A DNA stretch of 64,000 nucleotides from NCBI GenBank assembly GCA_964640435.1, contig CAZXFJ010000002.1, forward strand, positions 4,175 to 68,174, in the 5' to 3' direction. A program made the position numbers and the translations under genes. The notes under the pieces are model-generated. The model was not told the origin of the DNA and did not search any database. It saw only the letters and a program-made list of their open reading frames with translations. Positions 18,389 to 28,538 of this stretch are shown piece after piece (positions within the stretch are counted from its first letter, which is position 1; every line of letters starts with the position of its first letter). This stretch comes from an uncultured Gammaproteobacteria bacterium. Its GTDB lineage: Bacteria > Patescibacteriota > Microgenomatia > Levybacterales > GWA1-39-11.

Positions 18389-19100
18389 AAAATTATCGGA
18401 ATTATCCATATTTTTCCCCTTCTGGAATGAAGAAAACAATATCCAAAAAGTAGTTTTGGATGCTATTCCTGTTGCAGAAAAATCAGCTGATAAGTGGGAG
18501 ATAATAATGGTTGATGATGGATCCAGTGACAGAACAGGTGAAATAGCTGAGGATTTAGTTAAGACAAACAAAAACCTAAAAGCGGTAAGACTCCACCCAA
18601 ACAGGGGGTATGGTGCTGCATTAAGATCGGGGTTTGAACACGCAAAATACAAATATGTTGTGTTTACTGATGGCGATCTCCAGTTTGATTTCTCAGAGCT
18701 AGATAGATTTATAGAAAAGATTGATGAAGCAGATATAGTTATAGGTTACAGAAAGACAAGGCGTGACGAGAAGATCTTTAAAAGATTGCTTCTCATGAAT
18801 CTCTTAAAAATTTGGGATTTCATTCTTTTTGGTTTCCATTTTAAGGATATAGATTGCGGATTTAAAATGTTCAAGCGTGAAGCTGTGAAGGAGTTAATGC
18901 CTCTTAGATCAGAAGGCGCTATGATAACAACTGAGATTTTGGCAAAAGCAAAAAAGAAAAAGCTAAAGATAGTTCAGGTTGGAGTTGAGCATTATCCACG
19001 CCAGCATGGAGTTCAAACAGGAGCAAACCTCTTTGTAATCATCAGGGCAGTTCTCGAAAGCCTTATACTCTGGTCTGATATTCACAATGGTCGAGTATAG
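18381..19100 (+). CDS. GT2 polyprenyl-phosphate sugar synthase (DPM1/GtrB-like)
   Basis: MVDDGSSDRT, NRGYGAALRSG, FTDGDLQFD and DIDCGFKMF. 239 aa. Confidence 0.85.
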   Translation: MAKKLSELSIFFPFWNEENNIQKVVLDAIPVAEKSADKWEIIMVDDGSSDRTGEIAEDLVKTNKNLKAVRLHPNRGYGAALRSGFEHAKYKYVVFTDGDLQFDFSELDRFIEKIDEADIVIGYRKTRRDEKIFKRLLLMNLLKIWDFILFGFHFKDIDCGFKMFKREAVKELMPLRSEGAMITTEILAKAKKKKLKIVQVGVEHYPRQHGVQTGANLFVIIRAVLESLILWSDIHNGRV

Positions 19101-19103
19101 TTT

Positions 19104-20561
19104 ATGGATGAGTTTAATTTTGAAGTTGTCGCTGTAAAGTCAATAAAAGGTGTTTTTGCTCTTTTTACTAGAACTTTCTTTATTCAAGTACTCTCGGTTG
19201 TAGCAAGTTTCATTTTAACCGTTTATCTATCTCCTGCAAACTACGGAGTTTTCTTCATAGTTTCATCAATAATTGTTTTCCTAACTTATTTTCAAGATAT
19301 AGGTCTTGCAGCGGCGCTTATTCAGAAAAAAGAAGAAGTTACAGTTGAAGAATTGAGAACAACGTTTACCCTTCAGCAGCTTTTAGTTGGTGGTTTGATA
19401 ATAATCGCACTTATTCTATCAAAACCAATAACCTCAATTTATCATTTGGACACACCGGGGTATATGCTGTTTTTAGCTCTGCTTTTTTCGTTTTTTATAA
19501 CTTCGCTTCGAACAATTCCCACGATCATGATGGAGAGGAAGCTGGACTACAAACGATTAGTAATACCTGAGATCGCTGAAAGTCTTACATACAACATTAT
19601 ATTAATTGTAATGGCTGTAGGTGGTTTTGGTTTGGCAACATTTACTTTTGCAGTTCTTGCTCGATGTGTTGTTGGGCTTATTGCAACTTATGTTGTTCAG
19701 CCTTGGCCGATTGGTATATCTTTTCATTTCAACTCAATCAAGAGACTATTTTCTTTTGGTGTGCCATATCAGGCAAATACATTTCTTGCGTTGTTTAAAG
19801 ACAATTTAATAACAATTTATATAGGAGGAATACTTCCAGCAGCTCAGGTTGGGTATATAGGTTTTGCTGAAAAATGGGCATATATGCCTTTACGACTTGT
19901 AATGGATAACGTTATTAGGATTGCGTTTCCTTCAATGAGTCGACTTCAACACGATAAGCCATCGCTTAGAACTGCTATTGAAAAATCTTTGTTTTTAGTA
20001 TCATTTTTCATTTTTCCTATTGTTGTTTGCATAATTCACTTCGCACCATTCTTGGTTGAATTTATTCCTCGTTACGGCAAATGGCAGCCAGCACTTCTAG
20101 CACTATCCTTTTATGCATTAAATACCGTTTTTTCATCTATCTCAACGCCTCTTACAAATTTCCTTACGGCAATAGGAAAAGTGAAGATAACTTTTTACTT
20201 TATGATTCTTTGGACGGTTGGAATTTGGGTATTAACTCCGCTTTTCATTATGAAATTTGGATTTAACGGAGTCGCTGCTGCATCGTTTATTGTTTCTACA
20301 TCTTCGATTCTGGTTTTTGTTGTTGCAAGGCGATACATAGAGTTTTCATTCACCAAACCAGTTTTAAGACAATTTTTAGCTGCAATTGTTATGTTTATCT
20401 TTATATATCTGACACGTGGCATGATAACTAATTTTCCGACCTTAATTGTTAATGCGTTGCTTGCGGCAGTTGTTTACGTAGGATTTTTAATCCTTATAGC
20501 ACGAGAGGAGCTTATAAAAACATTTTCATTTATAATTATAAGTATAAGAAAGAAGGCCTAA
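19104..20561 (+). CDS. Wzx-like oligosaccharide/polysaccharide flippase (MOP superfamily)
   Basis: 485 aa with ~12-14 TM. Typical polysaccharide-biosynthesis-protein N-terminus (LSPANYGVF...IQDIGLAAALIQ). Confidence 0.7.
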   Translation: MDEFNFEVVAVKSIKGVFALFTRTFFIQVLSVVASFILTVYLSPANYGVFFIVSSIIVFLTYFQDIGLAAALIQKKEEVTVEELRTTFTLQQLLVGGLIIIALILSKPITSIYHLDTPGYMLFLALLFSFFITSLRTIPTIMMERKLDYKRLVIPEIAESLTYNIILIVMAVGGFGLATFTFAVLARCVVGLIATYVVQPWPIGISFHFNSIKRLFSFGVPYQANTFLALFKDNLITIYIGGILPAAQVGYIGFAEKWAYMPLRLVMDNVIRIAFPSMSRLQHDKPSLRTAIEKSLFLVSFFIFPIVVCIIHFAPFLVEFIPRYGKWQPALLALSFYALNTVFSSISTPLTNFLTAIGKVKITFYFMILWTVGIWVLTPLFIMKFGFNGVAAASFIVSTSSILVFVVARRYIEFSFTKPVLRQFLAAIVMFIFIYLTRGMITNFPTLIVNALLAAVVYVGFLILIAREELIKTFSFIIISIRKKA

Positions 20562-21485
20562 ATGAATAAGTTATCTGTTGTTATTTCAGCATACAATGAA
20601 GAGAAAAATATTAAAGACTGCTTGGAATCTATTAAAGAATTAGCAGATGAAATTATAGTAGTTAATAATTCGTCAACTGATAAAACCGAGGAGATATCTA
20701 AAAAATACACTAAGAAAATTTTTAACCAAGAAAATAACCCATTAAAAATTGACCTCCAGAAGAATTTTGGTTTTTCTAAAGCAACTGGCGATTGGATATT
20801 AAGTCTTGATGCTGATGAAAGAGTAACATCTGAGCTTGCAGGTGAAATTAAAACTGTGATTGAGAATGACGCTAATGAAGGATATTGGATCCCTCGAAAA
20901 AATATGATTTTTGGGAAATGGATAAAAAGCGATATGTGGTGGCCAGATTATCAGCTTAAGTTATTCAAAAATGGAAAGGGTAAATTTGAAAAAAGTACCA
21001 TACATAAGGCTCTTCAAGTAGCTGGTCAAACAGAAAAATTGGAGAATTATCTTATCCACAACAATTATACTTCCGTTTCCCAATTTGTAATAAGACTTAA
21101 TAGTTACACAGATCTAGAAGCCGAGAATCGTGTATCGGATGGGTATCGCTTTAGTGCATTTGATGCCATACGCTTTCCTGTAGATGATTTTGTTAAAACA
21201 TACTTTTTACAGAAAGGTTACCAAGATGGATTACATGGACTTGTTCTTAGTATACTGCAGGCATTTTATATGGAGGTTGTATTTGCAAAATTATGGGAGA
21301 AAAAAGACTTTGAAGATGTATCTGATCCTGGTTTTACTAATGGTGTTCAGAAAGAATTTATTAATTCAGGAAATAAAGTGAAATACTGGGTTAAGACAAT
21401 CCTCATTGATAGTTCAAAAAATCCAGTGCGAAAAATTTTGCTTAAGACTTCACGAAAAATTACATCCTCTAAAATAAAAGAATAG
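20562..21485 (+). CDS. GT2 glycosyltransferase (WaaE-like subgroup)
   Basis: LSVVISAYNEEKNI...ADEIIVVNNSSTDKT and DADE acidic motif. Paralogs at 26387 and 44308. Confidence 0.8.
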   Translation: MNKLSVVISAYNEEKNIKDCLESIKELADEIIVVNNSSTDKTEEISKKYTKKIFNQENNPLKIDLQKNFGFSKATGDWILSLDADERVTSELAGEIKTVIENDANEGYWIPRKNMIFGKWIKSDMWWPDYQLKLFKNGKGKFEKSTIHKALQVAGQTEKLENYLIHNNYTSVSQFVIRLNSYTDLEAENRVSDGYRFSAFDAIRFPVDDFVKTYFLQKGYQDGLHGLVLSILQAFYMEVVFAKLWEKKDFEDVSDPGFTNGVQKEFINSGNKVKYWVKTILIDSSKNPVRKILLKTSRKITSSKIKE

Positions 21486-21486
21486 T

Positions 21487-22398
21487 ATGAAAAAAGTTTT
21501 TATAGTGGTTTTAAATTACAATGGATATAAGTCTACTATTGAATGTCTTGAATCATTAAATAGACTAAATAATAAAGGCATCGAGATAGAAACATTGGTA
21601 GTTGATAATGATTCACAGGATGGATCGGTAGAAAAAATAAGAGATAAGTTTCCAAAGCTTACAATAATTGAAAACCAAGAGAATCAGGGCTTTTCCGGAG
21701 GATGTAATGAAGGCATTCGTTATGCCCTTAAAGGAGATGCAAGTCACATAATGGTACTCAATAATGATACTAGGGTTGATGCTGATTTAATTATTAATCT
21801 TGTTGAGGCTTCAGAAGAAGAAGGGGTTGCAGGAGTAGTGCCCAAAATATATTTTGAAAAAGGATTTGAATTCCATAAGGATAAATATGATAAATCTGAT
21901 TTAGGTAAAGTTATTTGGTACGCAGGTGGAAAAATGGATTGGCAAAATTTGATTGGGAAAAATATTGGCGTTGATGAGGTTGATAATGGACAATTTGAGG
22001 AGAAGAGAAGGACTGAACTTGCAACTGGCTGTTGTTTTTTAATCAAAGCAGAAGTACTAAAAAAAATTGGATTGTTTGATCATAGATATTTTCTTTATTA
22101 TGAAGATGCTGATTTATCAGAAAGAATAAGAAAAGCAGGTTACTCAATAATATTTGAACCAAAAGCAGTTCTTTGGCATAAGAATGCTGAGTCAAGTGGA
22201 GGATCAGGATCTGGCTTGCAAGATTATTATATAAGTAGGAATCGTTTATTATTTGGAATGACATATGCTCCACTGAAGACAAGGCTAGCGCTCTTTCGAG
22301 AAAGCCTGGCATTGCTCAAAGGGGGAAGAGCATGGCAGAAAATTGGCGTTCGTGATTACTATATTAAGAAGTTTGGTAAGGGAAGCTATAAAAAATAA
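21487..22398 (+). CDS. GT2 glycosyltransferase (rhamnosyltransferase/WbbL-like)
   Basis: VVLNYNGYKST...VVDNDSQDGS, ENQGFSGGCN and YYEDADLSERI. Confidence 0.8.
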   Translation: MKKVFIVVLNYNGYKSTIECLESLNRLNNKGIEIETLVVDNDSQDGSVEKIRDKFPKLTIIENQENQGFSGGCNEGIRYALKGDASHIMVLNNDTRVDADLIINLVEASEEEGVAGVVPKIYFEKGFEFHKDKYDKSDLGKVIWYAGGKMDWQNLIGKNIGVDEVDNGQFEEKRRTELATGCCFLIKAEVLKKIGLFDHRYFLYYEDADLSERIRKAGYSIIFEPKAVLWHKNAESSGGSGSGLQDYYISRNRLLFGMTYAPLKTRLALFRESLALLKGGRAWQKIGVRDYYIKKFGKGSYKK

Positions 22399-22400
22399 AA

Positions 22401-24053
22401 ATGAAATTATTAAAATCGCAATGGGGATTGTTACTGGTTTTTTTTCTTTGTTTAATTCCTTTATATCCTTTGTTGCATTCGGGTTTACCCATAACTCATG
22501 ATGGGCAAGACCATGTGGCAAGAATTGCTAACTTTTACCAAAGCCTAATGGAAGGTGTTATCGTGCCTAGGTGGGCAGGAAACCTAAATTGGGGGTATGG
22601 ACATCCGATTTTGATGTTTTTATATCCGGCATCTTCATATTCTACCTCCCTAATACATTTACTCGGCTTCGGATTAGTTGATTCAGTAAAAATTACATTT
22701 GGTTTATCCTTCATTTTGAGCGGTGTTTTTATGTATTTATGGTTGCGAGAATATTTAAGCAATGAAGCTGCAGTAGTTGGGGCAATTTTATATAACTTTG
22801 CACCTTATAGATTTGTAGATCTATATGTTCGGGGTGCAATAGGGGAGCATGTAGCTTTTGTATTTTTGCCACTAGTTTTATTTTTTCTGTTAAAAATTTC
22901 AAGATCTGAGAACTTTAACAGGTTCTATTTTTCATTTGCATCAATTTCAATTGCAGGATTACTCCTCGCCCATAATGCTATAAGTATTATGTTTCTACCC
23001 TTTATATTAATTTATGCGATTTATCTTGTATACATTAATAAAAAAAGGCTTAAAGAATTATTGGCACAATATATAGGCGTATTAGCATTAGGATTTGGGC
23101 TATCTTCCTTTTTCCTTGTGCCAGCTTTTATAGAGGGAAAATATACATTAAGAGATATTGTTACCGGAAGTGATGCTTTAAAGCGCTTTATTGATTTTAA
23201 AGATATCATTTATAGCCCGTGGGGGTATGGTGTTAGTGGCAATTTTTCTGTTCAGCTTGGGATATTTCAATGGATTTCAGTTTTAGCTTTTCCTTTTGTT
23301 TTATATTTTTTACATAAGAAAAAGAACAAGGATTGGATTTTCTACTTAATAACTTTTGTATATTTTCTGGGAAGTATTTTCATTATGTTACCATTGTCGG
23401 ATTTTGTTTGGAGAATAATAACAACCCTTCAAAAGTTTCAGTTCCCATGGAGATTCCTATCTATCTCTGTATTTACCTCAGCAGTGTTGGGAGCATATTT
23501 AATTTTTATTCTTCCCCAAAGATTTGTAAAGCCAGTTGTGATTATATTTATATTACTAACATTGGGAATTAGCTATACGTATTGGCAACCAAAGGGATAT
23601 CTTGAGGAGCCCACAAGTTTTTATACGGGTATATATAAGGGTACAACAGACACGGGTGAAAGTGCCCCGATTTGGTCAGTAAGATTTATGGAGAAGCAAG
23701 CAAAGGCACCAATTGAGGTTATAAAAGGAAAAGCTAATATAAAACAAATCAGTAAGTCATCAACAAATCACGTCTATATTATTACCTCTGACGAAAAAGT
23801 TCAATTGAAAGAGAATACTTTGTATTTTCCTGGATGGAGAATTTATGTTGATGGCGTGCAAGATTCCAATGTTCAATTTCAAGATACAAACAATCGTGGA
23901 TTAATGACATTTTATGTTCCAGAAGGAAAGCATAATGTTGAAATTAAATTTGGTGATACCAGACTAAGAACGTTATCAAATTATTTGTCGCTTGCTTCTC
24001 TAATAATTTTATTTGGAGTCATCTTTAGTACGTTTAAAGTTTCTAAAAAATGA
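22401..24053 (+). CDS. short YfhO-related GT-C-like membrane protein (H-D-G motif family), member 3
   Basis: PITHDGQDHVARIANFY...PRWAGNLNWGYGHP and C-terminal YFPGWRIY. 550 aa. Confidence 0.6.
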   Translation: MKLLKSQWGLLLVFFLCLIPLYPLLHSGLPITHDGQDHVARIANFYQSLMEGVIVPRWAGNLNWGYGHPILMFLYPASSYSTSLIHLLGFGLVDSVKITFGLSFILSGVFMYLWLREYLSNEAAVVGAILYNFAPYRFVDLYVRGAIGEHVAFVFLPLVLFFLLKISRSENFNRFYFSFASISIAGLLLAHNAISIMFLPFILIYAIYLVYINKKRLKELLAQYIGVLALGFGLSSFFLVPAFIEGKYTLRDIVTGSDALKRFIDFKDIIYSPWGYGVSGNFSVQLGIFQWISVLAFPFVLYFLHKKKNKDWIFYLITFVYFLGSIFIMLPLSDFVWRIITTLQKFQFPWRFLSISVFTSAVLGAYLIFILPQRFVKPVVIIFILLTLGISYTYWQPKGYLEEPTSFYTGIYKGTTDTGESAPIWSVRFMEKQAKAPIEVIKGKANIKQISKSSTNHVYIITSDEKVQLKENTLYFPGWRIYVDGVQDSNVQFQDTNNRGLMTFYVPEGKHNVEIKFGDTRLRTLSNYLSLASLIILFGVIFSTFKVSKK

Positions 24054-26374
24054 AAAAAATACTTTTAGCTTTTTGGCCTGTTATTTTTATTTTCTTTATT
24101 TGGGGAATATTTGCATCACCCTATTTTTTAAAAAATGAAGTTCCTTTCCCATCAACATATTTAGTAACTAACTTTGGCCCATGGAATAACTATGTTGGAT
24201 ATTTAGGTCCTGTCAAAAATAGTGCAACACCTGATGTAATAAGTCAGATATTTCCGTGGAAAAATCTGGTGATAGAATCTTGGAAGAGTGGACAGGTACC
24301 TTTATGGAATACATATGTATTTTCGGGTACACCTCTTCTTGCTAACTATCAGTCAGCCGCATTAACTCCATCTAACTTGATCTATTTTATTCTTCCTTTT
24401 ATAGATGCATGGAGTCTGCAGGTGCTTTTTCAACCACTGCTTGCCGGACTATTTATGTATTTCTTTGTAAGGTCTTTGAAGCTTTCTCATTCGGCAAGTC
24501 TTATATCATCACTGGCATTTATGTTCTGTGGGTTCATAACAACTTGGGGCCTTTATGGGGCTTTAGGCTATGCAATTCTCTTTCTTCCTTTATCTCTTTT
24601 TGCTTTGGAGAAATTTTATCAAGAGAAAAAATGGTATTACCTAGTTCTTCTAGCACTTACTATTCCTTTATCTTTTTTTGCAGGTCATTTCCAAACAAGT
24701 CTGTATTTCCTTTTGATAGTTGGGGCTTACAGCATTTTCAAGTTAATTCAGGTAAAAGATATTAAAACTTTTTCTTACAGCATTTTCTCAATTATTTTCG
24801 GTTTGCTTCTATGTGCTCCTCAGCTACTCCCGTCGATTGAGTTCTATCAAGAATCTGTAAGAAGTGCGATATTTCAAAAAATTGAAGCAATTCAATGGAC
24901 TTATTTGCCATCTTTTATAGCCCCTGATTTTTTTGGAAATCCTGTTACCGCCAACAATTGGTTCGGACACTATGCTGAATGGAATTCATACATTGGAATA
25001 ATACCTTTTATTTTAGGATTTTACTCTCTACGAAAAAGAAGTATCTATGTCCTATTTTTTGGAATTGTAGCTTTAGTAAGCCTACTATTAGCATTTGATA
25101 CTCCGTTATTAAACTTATTGATAGCATTGAAGATACCAGTACTATCCACGAGTGCTGCGAGTAGGATTATTGTTTTATTTAGTTTATCAATGTCTGTTCT
25201 CGCGGGATTTGGATTTGATAAATTGATGGCTGATTTAGAAAATAAAAAAAATACGCCAATTGTTTCTCTAATTGCCATATTTGCAGTGGTGTTTGGAGTT
25301 ATTTGGTTTTGTTTGATAACGAAGGTGTTTATTGATCCAGAAAAAGTATCCATTTCTCTTTCTAATTTTCGTTTGCCAACAATAATCTTTGCTGTATTTG
25401 CCGCTTCAGTACTGGCAAATAAATTTGTAAAGAATAAAAAAATACTAATTGGGGTAGGAGCATTAATAATCCTTTTAACTGCATTCGATCTTTTAAGATT
25501 TACCACAAAGTGGTATCCATTCGAGTCAAGGGATTATGTCTATCCTAAAATATCTATATCAAATCAGCTGAATTCTATGGCAGGTTACAATAGGGAATTT
25601 GGAAACTTTGACCAACAGGCATCAGAGATGTATAAGATACCAAATCTGGAAGGTTACGATCCACTATATATTCAAAGATATGGAGAATTTCTAGCTGCAG
25701 GGAAAGACGGAAAATATCACACGCCAGAAAGATCTGTTGTTACTTTATCAAAAAACGGGGATTATACCGGAAAAATTTTAAACTTTCTTGGCGTTAAGTA
25801 TATTATTCACAAACTAGCCGATGGACAAAATGTGTGGGCATTTCCGTTTTGGGAGTATCCTGCTGACCAATTTAAGGAGATTTTTAAAGACAATGTGTAT
25901 CAGGTTTTTAATAACGATAAAGTACTTCCTCGTGCATTTATCGTGGGTGATGTAAAAGTTGTCGTAGATAAGCAAGATGCAATTAAAGAATTATTTAAAG
26001 ATAGCTTGGATTTTTCGAAAACAGTAGTATTGGAAGAAAATCCTGGGGATAATATTATAAATGGTGCTACAGGATCAGCATCAATAGTATCATATAGCCC
26101 AAATGAAATAAAAATAGATGTTTTATCGAGTGGTTCAGGAATTTTAATTCTTTCAGATCCTTATTATCCAGGTTGGAAAGCATATGTTGATGAAAAACAG
26201 ACTAAAATCTATCGATCTAATTATGCATTTCGTGGCATAGTAATTCCTGATGGAAAACACGCGGTAGTTTTTCGATATGAGCCTGATAGTTTTAGAAATG
26301 GTTTGATTATTGCTTTTGGTGGAGTTATTGGAATAGTAATATTAAGCTTGTATCTAAAGTTTGGTAAAAAGTAA
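24050..26374 (+). CDS. YfhO-family membrane glycosyltransferase (GT-C), paralog 2
   Basis: 774 aa. WNTYVFSGTPLLANYQSAAL, APDFFGNP and C-terminal YYPGWKAYVDEKQ. Confidence 0.8.
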   Translation: MKKILLAFWPVIFIFFIWGIFASPYFLKNEVPFPSTYLVTNFGPWNNYVGYLGPVKNSATPDVISQIFPWKNLVIESWKSGQVPLWNTYVFSGTPLLANYQSAALTPSNLIYFILPFIDAWSLQVLFQPLLAGLFMYFFVRSLKLSHSASLISSLAFMFCGFITTWGLYGALGYAILFLPLSLFALEKFYQEKKWYYLVLLALTIPLSFFAGHFQTSLYFLLIVGAYSIFKLIQVKDIKTFSYSIFSIIFGLLLCAPQLLPSIEFYQESVRSAIFQKIEAIQWTYLPSFIAPDFFGNPVTANNWFGHYAEWNSYIGIIPFILGFYSLRKRSIYVLFFGIVALVSLLLAFDTPLLNLLIALKIPVLSTSAASRIIVLFSLSMSVLAGFGFDKLMADLENKKNTPIVSLIAIFAVVFGVIWFCLITKVFIDPEKVSISLSNFRLPTIIFAVFAASVLANKFVKNKKILIGVGALIILLTAFDLLRFTTKWYPFESRDYVYPKISISNQLNSMAGYNREFGNFDQQASEMYKIPNLEGYDPLYIQRYGEFLAAGKDGKYHTPERSVVTLSKNGDYTGKILNFLGVKYIIHKLADGQNVWAFPFWEYPADQFKEIFKDNVYQVFNNDKVLPRAFIVGDVKVVVDKQDAIKELFKDSLDFSKTVVLEENPGDNIINGATGSASIVSYSPNEIKIDVLSSGSGILILSDPYYPGWKAYVDEKQTKIYRSNYAFRGIVIPDGKHAVVFRYEPDSFRNGLIIAFGGVIGIVILSLYLKFGKK

Positions 26375-26380
26375 TATAAT
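26375..26380 (+). promoter_or_regulatory. -10 box TATAAT 6 nt upstream of the ATG at 26387 (internal promoter, leaderless configuration)
   Basis: TATAAT at 26375-26380, then ttaaag, then ATG. Confidence 0.35.
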
Positions 26381-26386
26381 TTAAAG

Positions 26387-27151
26387 ATGGATAAAATTTC
26401 AGTTCTTATAATTACAAAAAATGAAGAGGATGTTATAGGTGATTGTATAAAATCAGTTAAAGATTTTGCATCAGAGGTTATAGTTATAGATGGCGGTTCA
26501 ACTGATAATACAATAAAAATAGCTGATAAGCTTGGTGCAAAGGTTATTAAGAATCCATTTAAAAATTTCTCCGATCAGCGAAACTTAGCACTCTCAGCCG
26601 CACATGAAAAATGGATTTTTTATATTGACTCAGATGAGCGAGCAAGCGATGAATTTGCTGCGGAGTTAAAAGAAAAGATTGCATTATTCGATGATCAAGA
26701 TGATGTCGCGGGTTTTTGGGTGGAAAGAAAAACTTTTTATTTAGGTCGCGATTGGCATCTTAAAGATCGGGTTCAAAGGGTTTTTAAAAAGGACAAGTTA
26801 AAAGAATGGCATGGAGTTGTACATGAAACACCAGATGTTAATGGTAAATTATTTGAGATAGCTTCACCAATTCTTCATTATACCCATCGAAATATCGAGC
26901 AAATGTTAGCGAAAACAAATGAATGGTCAGAATATGAGGCAGAATTAAGATTTCGTGCTGGACATCCAAAAATGAGCTGGTGGCGTTTTCCACGAGTAAT
27001 GATCAGTGCCTTCTTTGGATCGTACCTTCTAAATAATGGTTTTAGAAACGGTACAGCGGGATTAATTGAAGCTATATTTCAAAGCTACTCAATGTATATA
27101 ACATATGCAAAGCTTTGGGAACTTCAAAACGGTAGAACTTCAAGTAGATAA
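26387..27151 (+). CDS. GT2 glycosyltransferase (WaaE-like subgroup)
   Basis: ISVLIITKNEEDVI...VIVIDGGSTDNT and DSDE motif. 254 aa. Confidence 0.8.
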   Translation: MDKISVLIITKNEEDVIGDCIKSVKDFASEVIVIDGGSTDNTIKIADKLGAKVIKNPFKNFSDQRNLALSAAHEKWIFYIDSDERASDEFAAELKEKIALFDDQDDVAGFWVERKTFYLGRDWHLKDRVQRVFKKDKLKEWHGVVHETPDVNGKLFEIASPILHYTHRNIEQMLAKTNEWSEYEAELRFRAGHPKMSWWRFPRVMISAFFGSYLLNNGFRNGTAGLIEAIFQSYSMYITYAKLWELQNGRTSSR

Positions 27152-27156
27152 TTTGC

Positions 27157-27390
27157 CTACTTACTTGGCATCCAGGATTTAATTTCTTTTACTGTTAGAG
27201 GTTTTGTAGCGAACTTAAATAAGTATATGATTTCAAGGATGCCAACAGTATTTAATACTAAAATTGCTATAAACCAATTACGTTGTTTAAGATGAGCAGA
27301 TCGCCATAGAGCAAAACCTTTCCACAGAAGAGACCAAATATACAAGATTAAAAAGAGATAGGGTGAATTTAATACAAAGTTACCATCCAT
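27157..27390 (-). CDS. small 2-TM membrane protein of unknown function
   Basis: 77 aa. Two hydrophobic helices flanking WKGFALWRSAHLKQRNW. Only minus-strand gene inside the glycosylation block. Confidence 0.5.
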   Translation of the reverse strand: MDGNFVLNSPYLFLILYIWSLLWKGFALWRSAHLKQRNWFIAILVLNTVGILEIIYLFKFATKPLTVKEIKSWMPSK

Positions 27391-27396
27391 AAGGAC

Positions 27397-27405
27397 AATA
27401 TATCA
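27397..27405 (-). promoter_or_regulatory. extended -10 (TGaTATATT on minus strand) 6 nt upstream of the small-protein ATG; leaderless configuration
   Basis: Plus-strand AATATATCA at 27397-27405 reverse-complements to TGATATATT. Confidence 0.35.
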
Positions 27406-27418
27406 CAATAAACCTTAA

Positions 27419-27460
27419 TTTAACAACTATTTAGGTTGTTATGCAGTACTTTAGTTGTTA
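27419..27460. promoter_or_regulatory. operator-like repeat set between divergent promoters
   Basis: TAACAACTA at 27421-27429 is the exact reverse complement of TAGTTGTTA at 27452-27460. A third near-copy, TAGGTTGTTA, lies at 27432-27441. The distal half-site overlaps the -10 box of the downstream operon. Confidence 0.4.
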
Positions 27461-27464
27461 GAAT
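27456..27464 (+). promoter_or_regulatory. extended -10 (TGtTAGAAT) 8 nt upstream of the ATG at 27473; leaderless configuration
   Basis: TGTTAGAAT at 27456-27464, then taaatatc, then ATG. Confidence 0.35.
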
Positions 27465-27472
27465 TAAATATC

Positions 27473-28534
27473 ATGCGTATTGGAATATTTGACCCATATT
27501 TAGACGATCTTGGGGGTGGAGAAAAATATATGATGACAGTGGCATCATGCTTATCTCAAAATAATGATGTTACGGTATTTTGGAATAGTAAAGAGGATGT
27601 TGATGCTGTTTCAAAGCGATTTTCTTTGGATTTATCCAAAGTTAATGTTTCTGCAAATATTTTTTCACCCCATGTTAGCTTTATTAAGCGAATGATGGTA
27701 TCAAAAAATTATGACGTAATAATATATTTATCAGATGGAAGTGTTCCAACCGTTCTTTCTAGGAAATTATTTCTACACATACAGCAACCACTTACTAATA
27801 TTCATCCCAATATTAAATTGCGCCTTAAAATGAAAAAGGTCAACAAAATATTTGTAAATTCATTCTTTACAAAAGACTTTGTTGATAAGGAGTTCGGAAC
27901 TAATAGCGTTGTGGTATATCCGCCTGTAGAAATACATCATAAAAAAATTAAAAAAGAAAATTTCATATTACATGTTGGAAGGTTCAGGATTAAAGGATTT
28001 ACCAACTTTAAAAAGCAAGACGTTTTAGTTGAGCAATTTAAGAAATTAGAGAAAGACGGGCTTAAGAACTGGAAGCTACTAATGGCTGTTTCTGTAAATC
28101 CTGGTGACGAAGAGTTATTTGAAGAGTTTAGAAAGAGTGCTAATGGGGGCAATATTGAATTTCTTGTTAATAAGACAAACACGGAGCTATGGGAAATATA
28201 TTCTGCCTCAAAAATATATTGGCATGCATCTGGTTTTGGCGAAGATCTAGATAAAAATCCCGAGATGGCTGAGCATTTTGGAATTTCAACTGTTGAAGCA
28301 ATGGGATCAGGTTGTGTTCCTGTTGTTATTAACGCAGGTGGACAAAAAGAAATTGTCGAGGATAATGTTACAGGATTTTTATGGAACACGCTGGAAGAGT
28401 TACGCGAGAAAACACTTTTGCTTACAAATGAGGATAAAATCCGAGAGACCATGGCCGAAGAGGGGATAAAGCGCGCAAAGGATTTTTCAGATAAACGTTT
28501 TTATGAAGATATCGATAATCTGGTAGGAAGATAA
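27473..28534 (+). CDS. GT4 (GT-B) glycosyltransferase
   Basis: EHFGISTVEAMGSGCVPVVINAGGQKEIVEDNVTGFLW matches the GT4 E-x7-E region. ATG at 27473 is preferred over the TTG at 27455. Confidence 0.8.
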   Translation: MRIGIFDPYLDDLGGGEKYMMTVASCLSQNNDVTVFWNSKEDVDAVSKRFSLDLSKVNVSANIFSPHVSFIKRMMVSKNYDVIIYLSDGSVPTVLSRKLFLHIQQPLTNIHPNIKLRLKMKKVNKIFVNSFFTKDFVDKEFGTNSVVVYPPVEIHHKKIKKENFILHVGRFRIKGFTNFKKQDVLVEQFKKLEKDGLKNWKLLMAVSVNPGDEELFEEFRKSANGGNIEFLVNKTNTELWEIYSASKIYWHASGFGEDLDKNPEMAEHFGISTVEAMGSGCVPVVINAGGQKEIVEDNVTGFLWNTLEELREKTLLLTNEDKIRETMAEEGIKRAKDFSDKRFYEDIDNLVGR

Positions 28535-28538
28535 ATGT

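Noticed and set aside
27143-27162. Hairpin AAGTAG-N8-CTACTT between the convergent genes 26387-27151 and 27157-27390, as a possible bidirectional terminator
   Set aside because: The stem is only 6 bp and AT-rich. No T-tract follows it on either strand. It also overlaps both stop codons, so it is too weak to call an intrinsic terminator.
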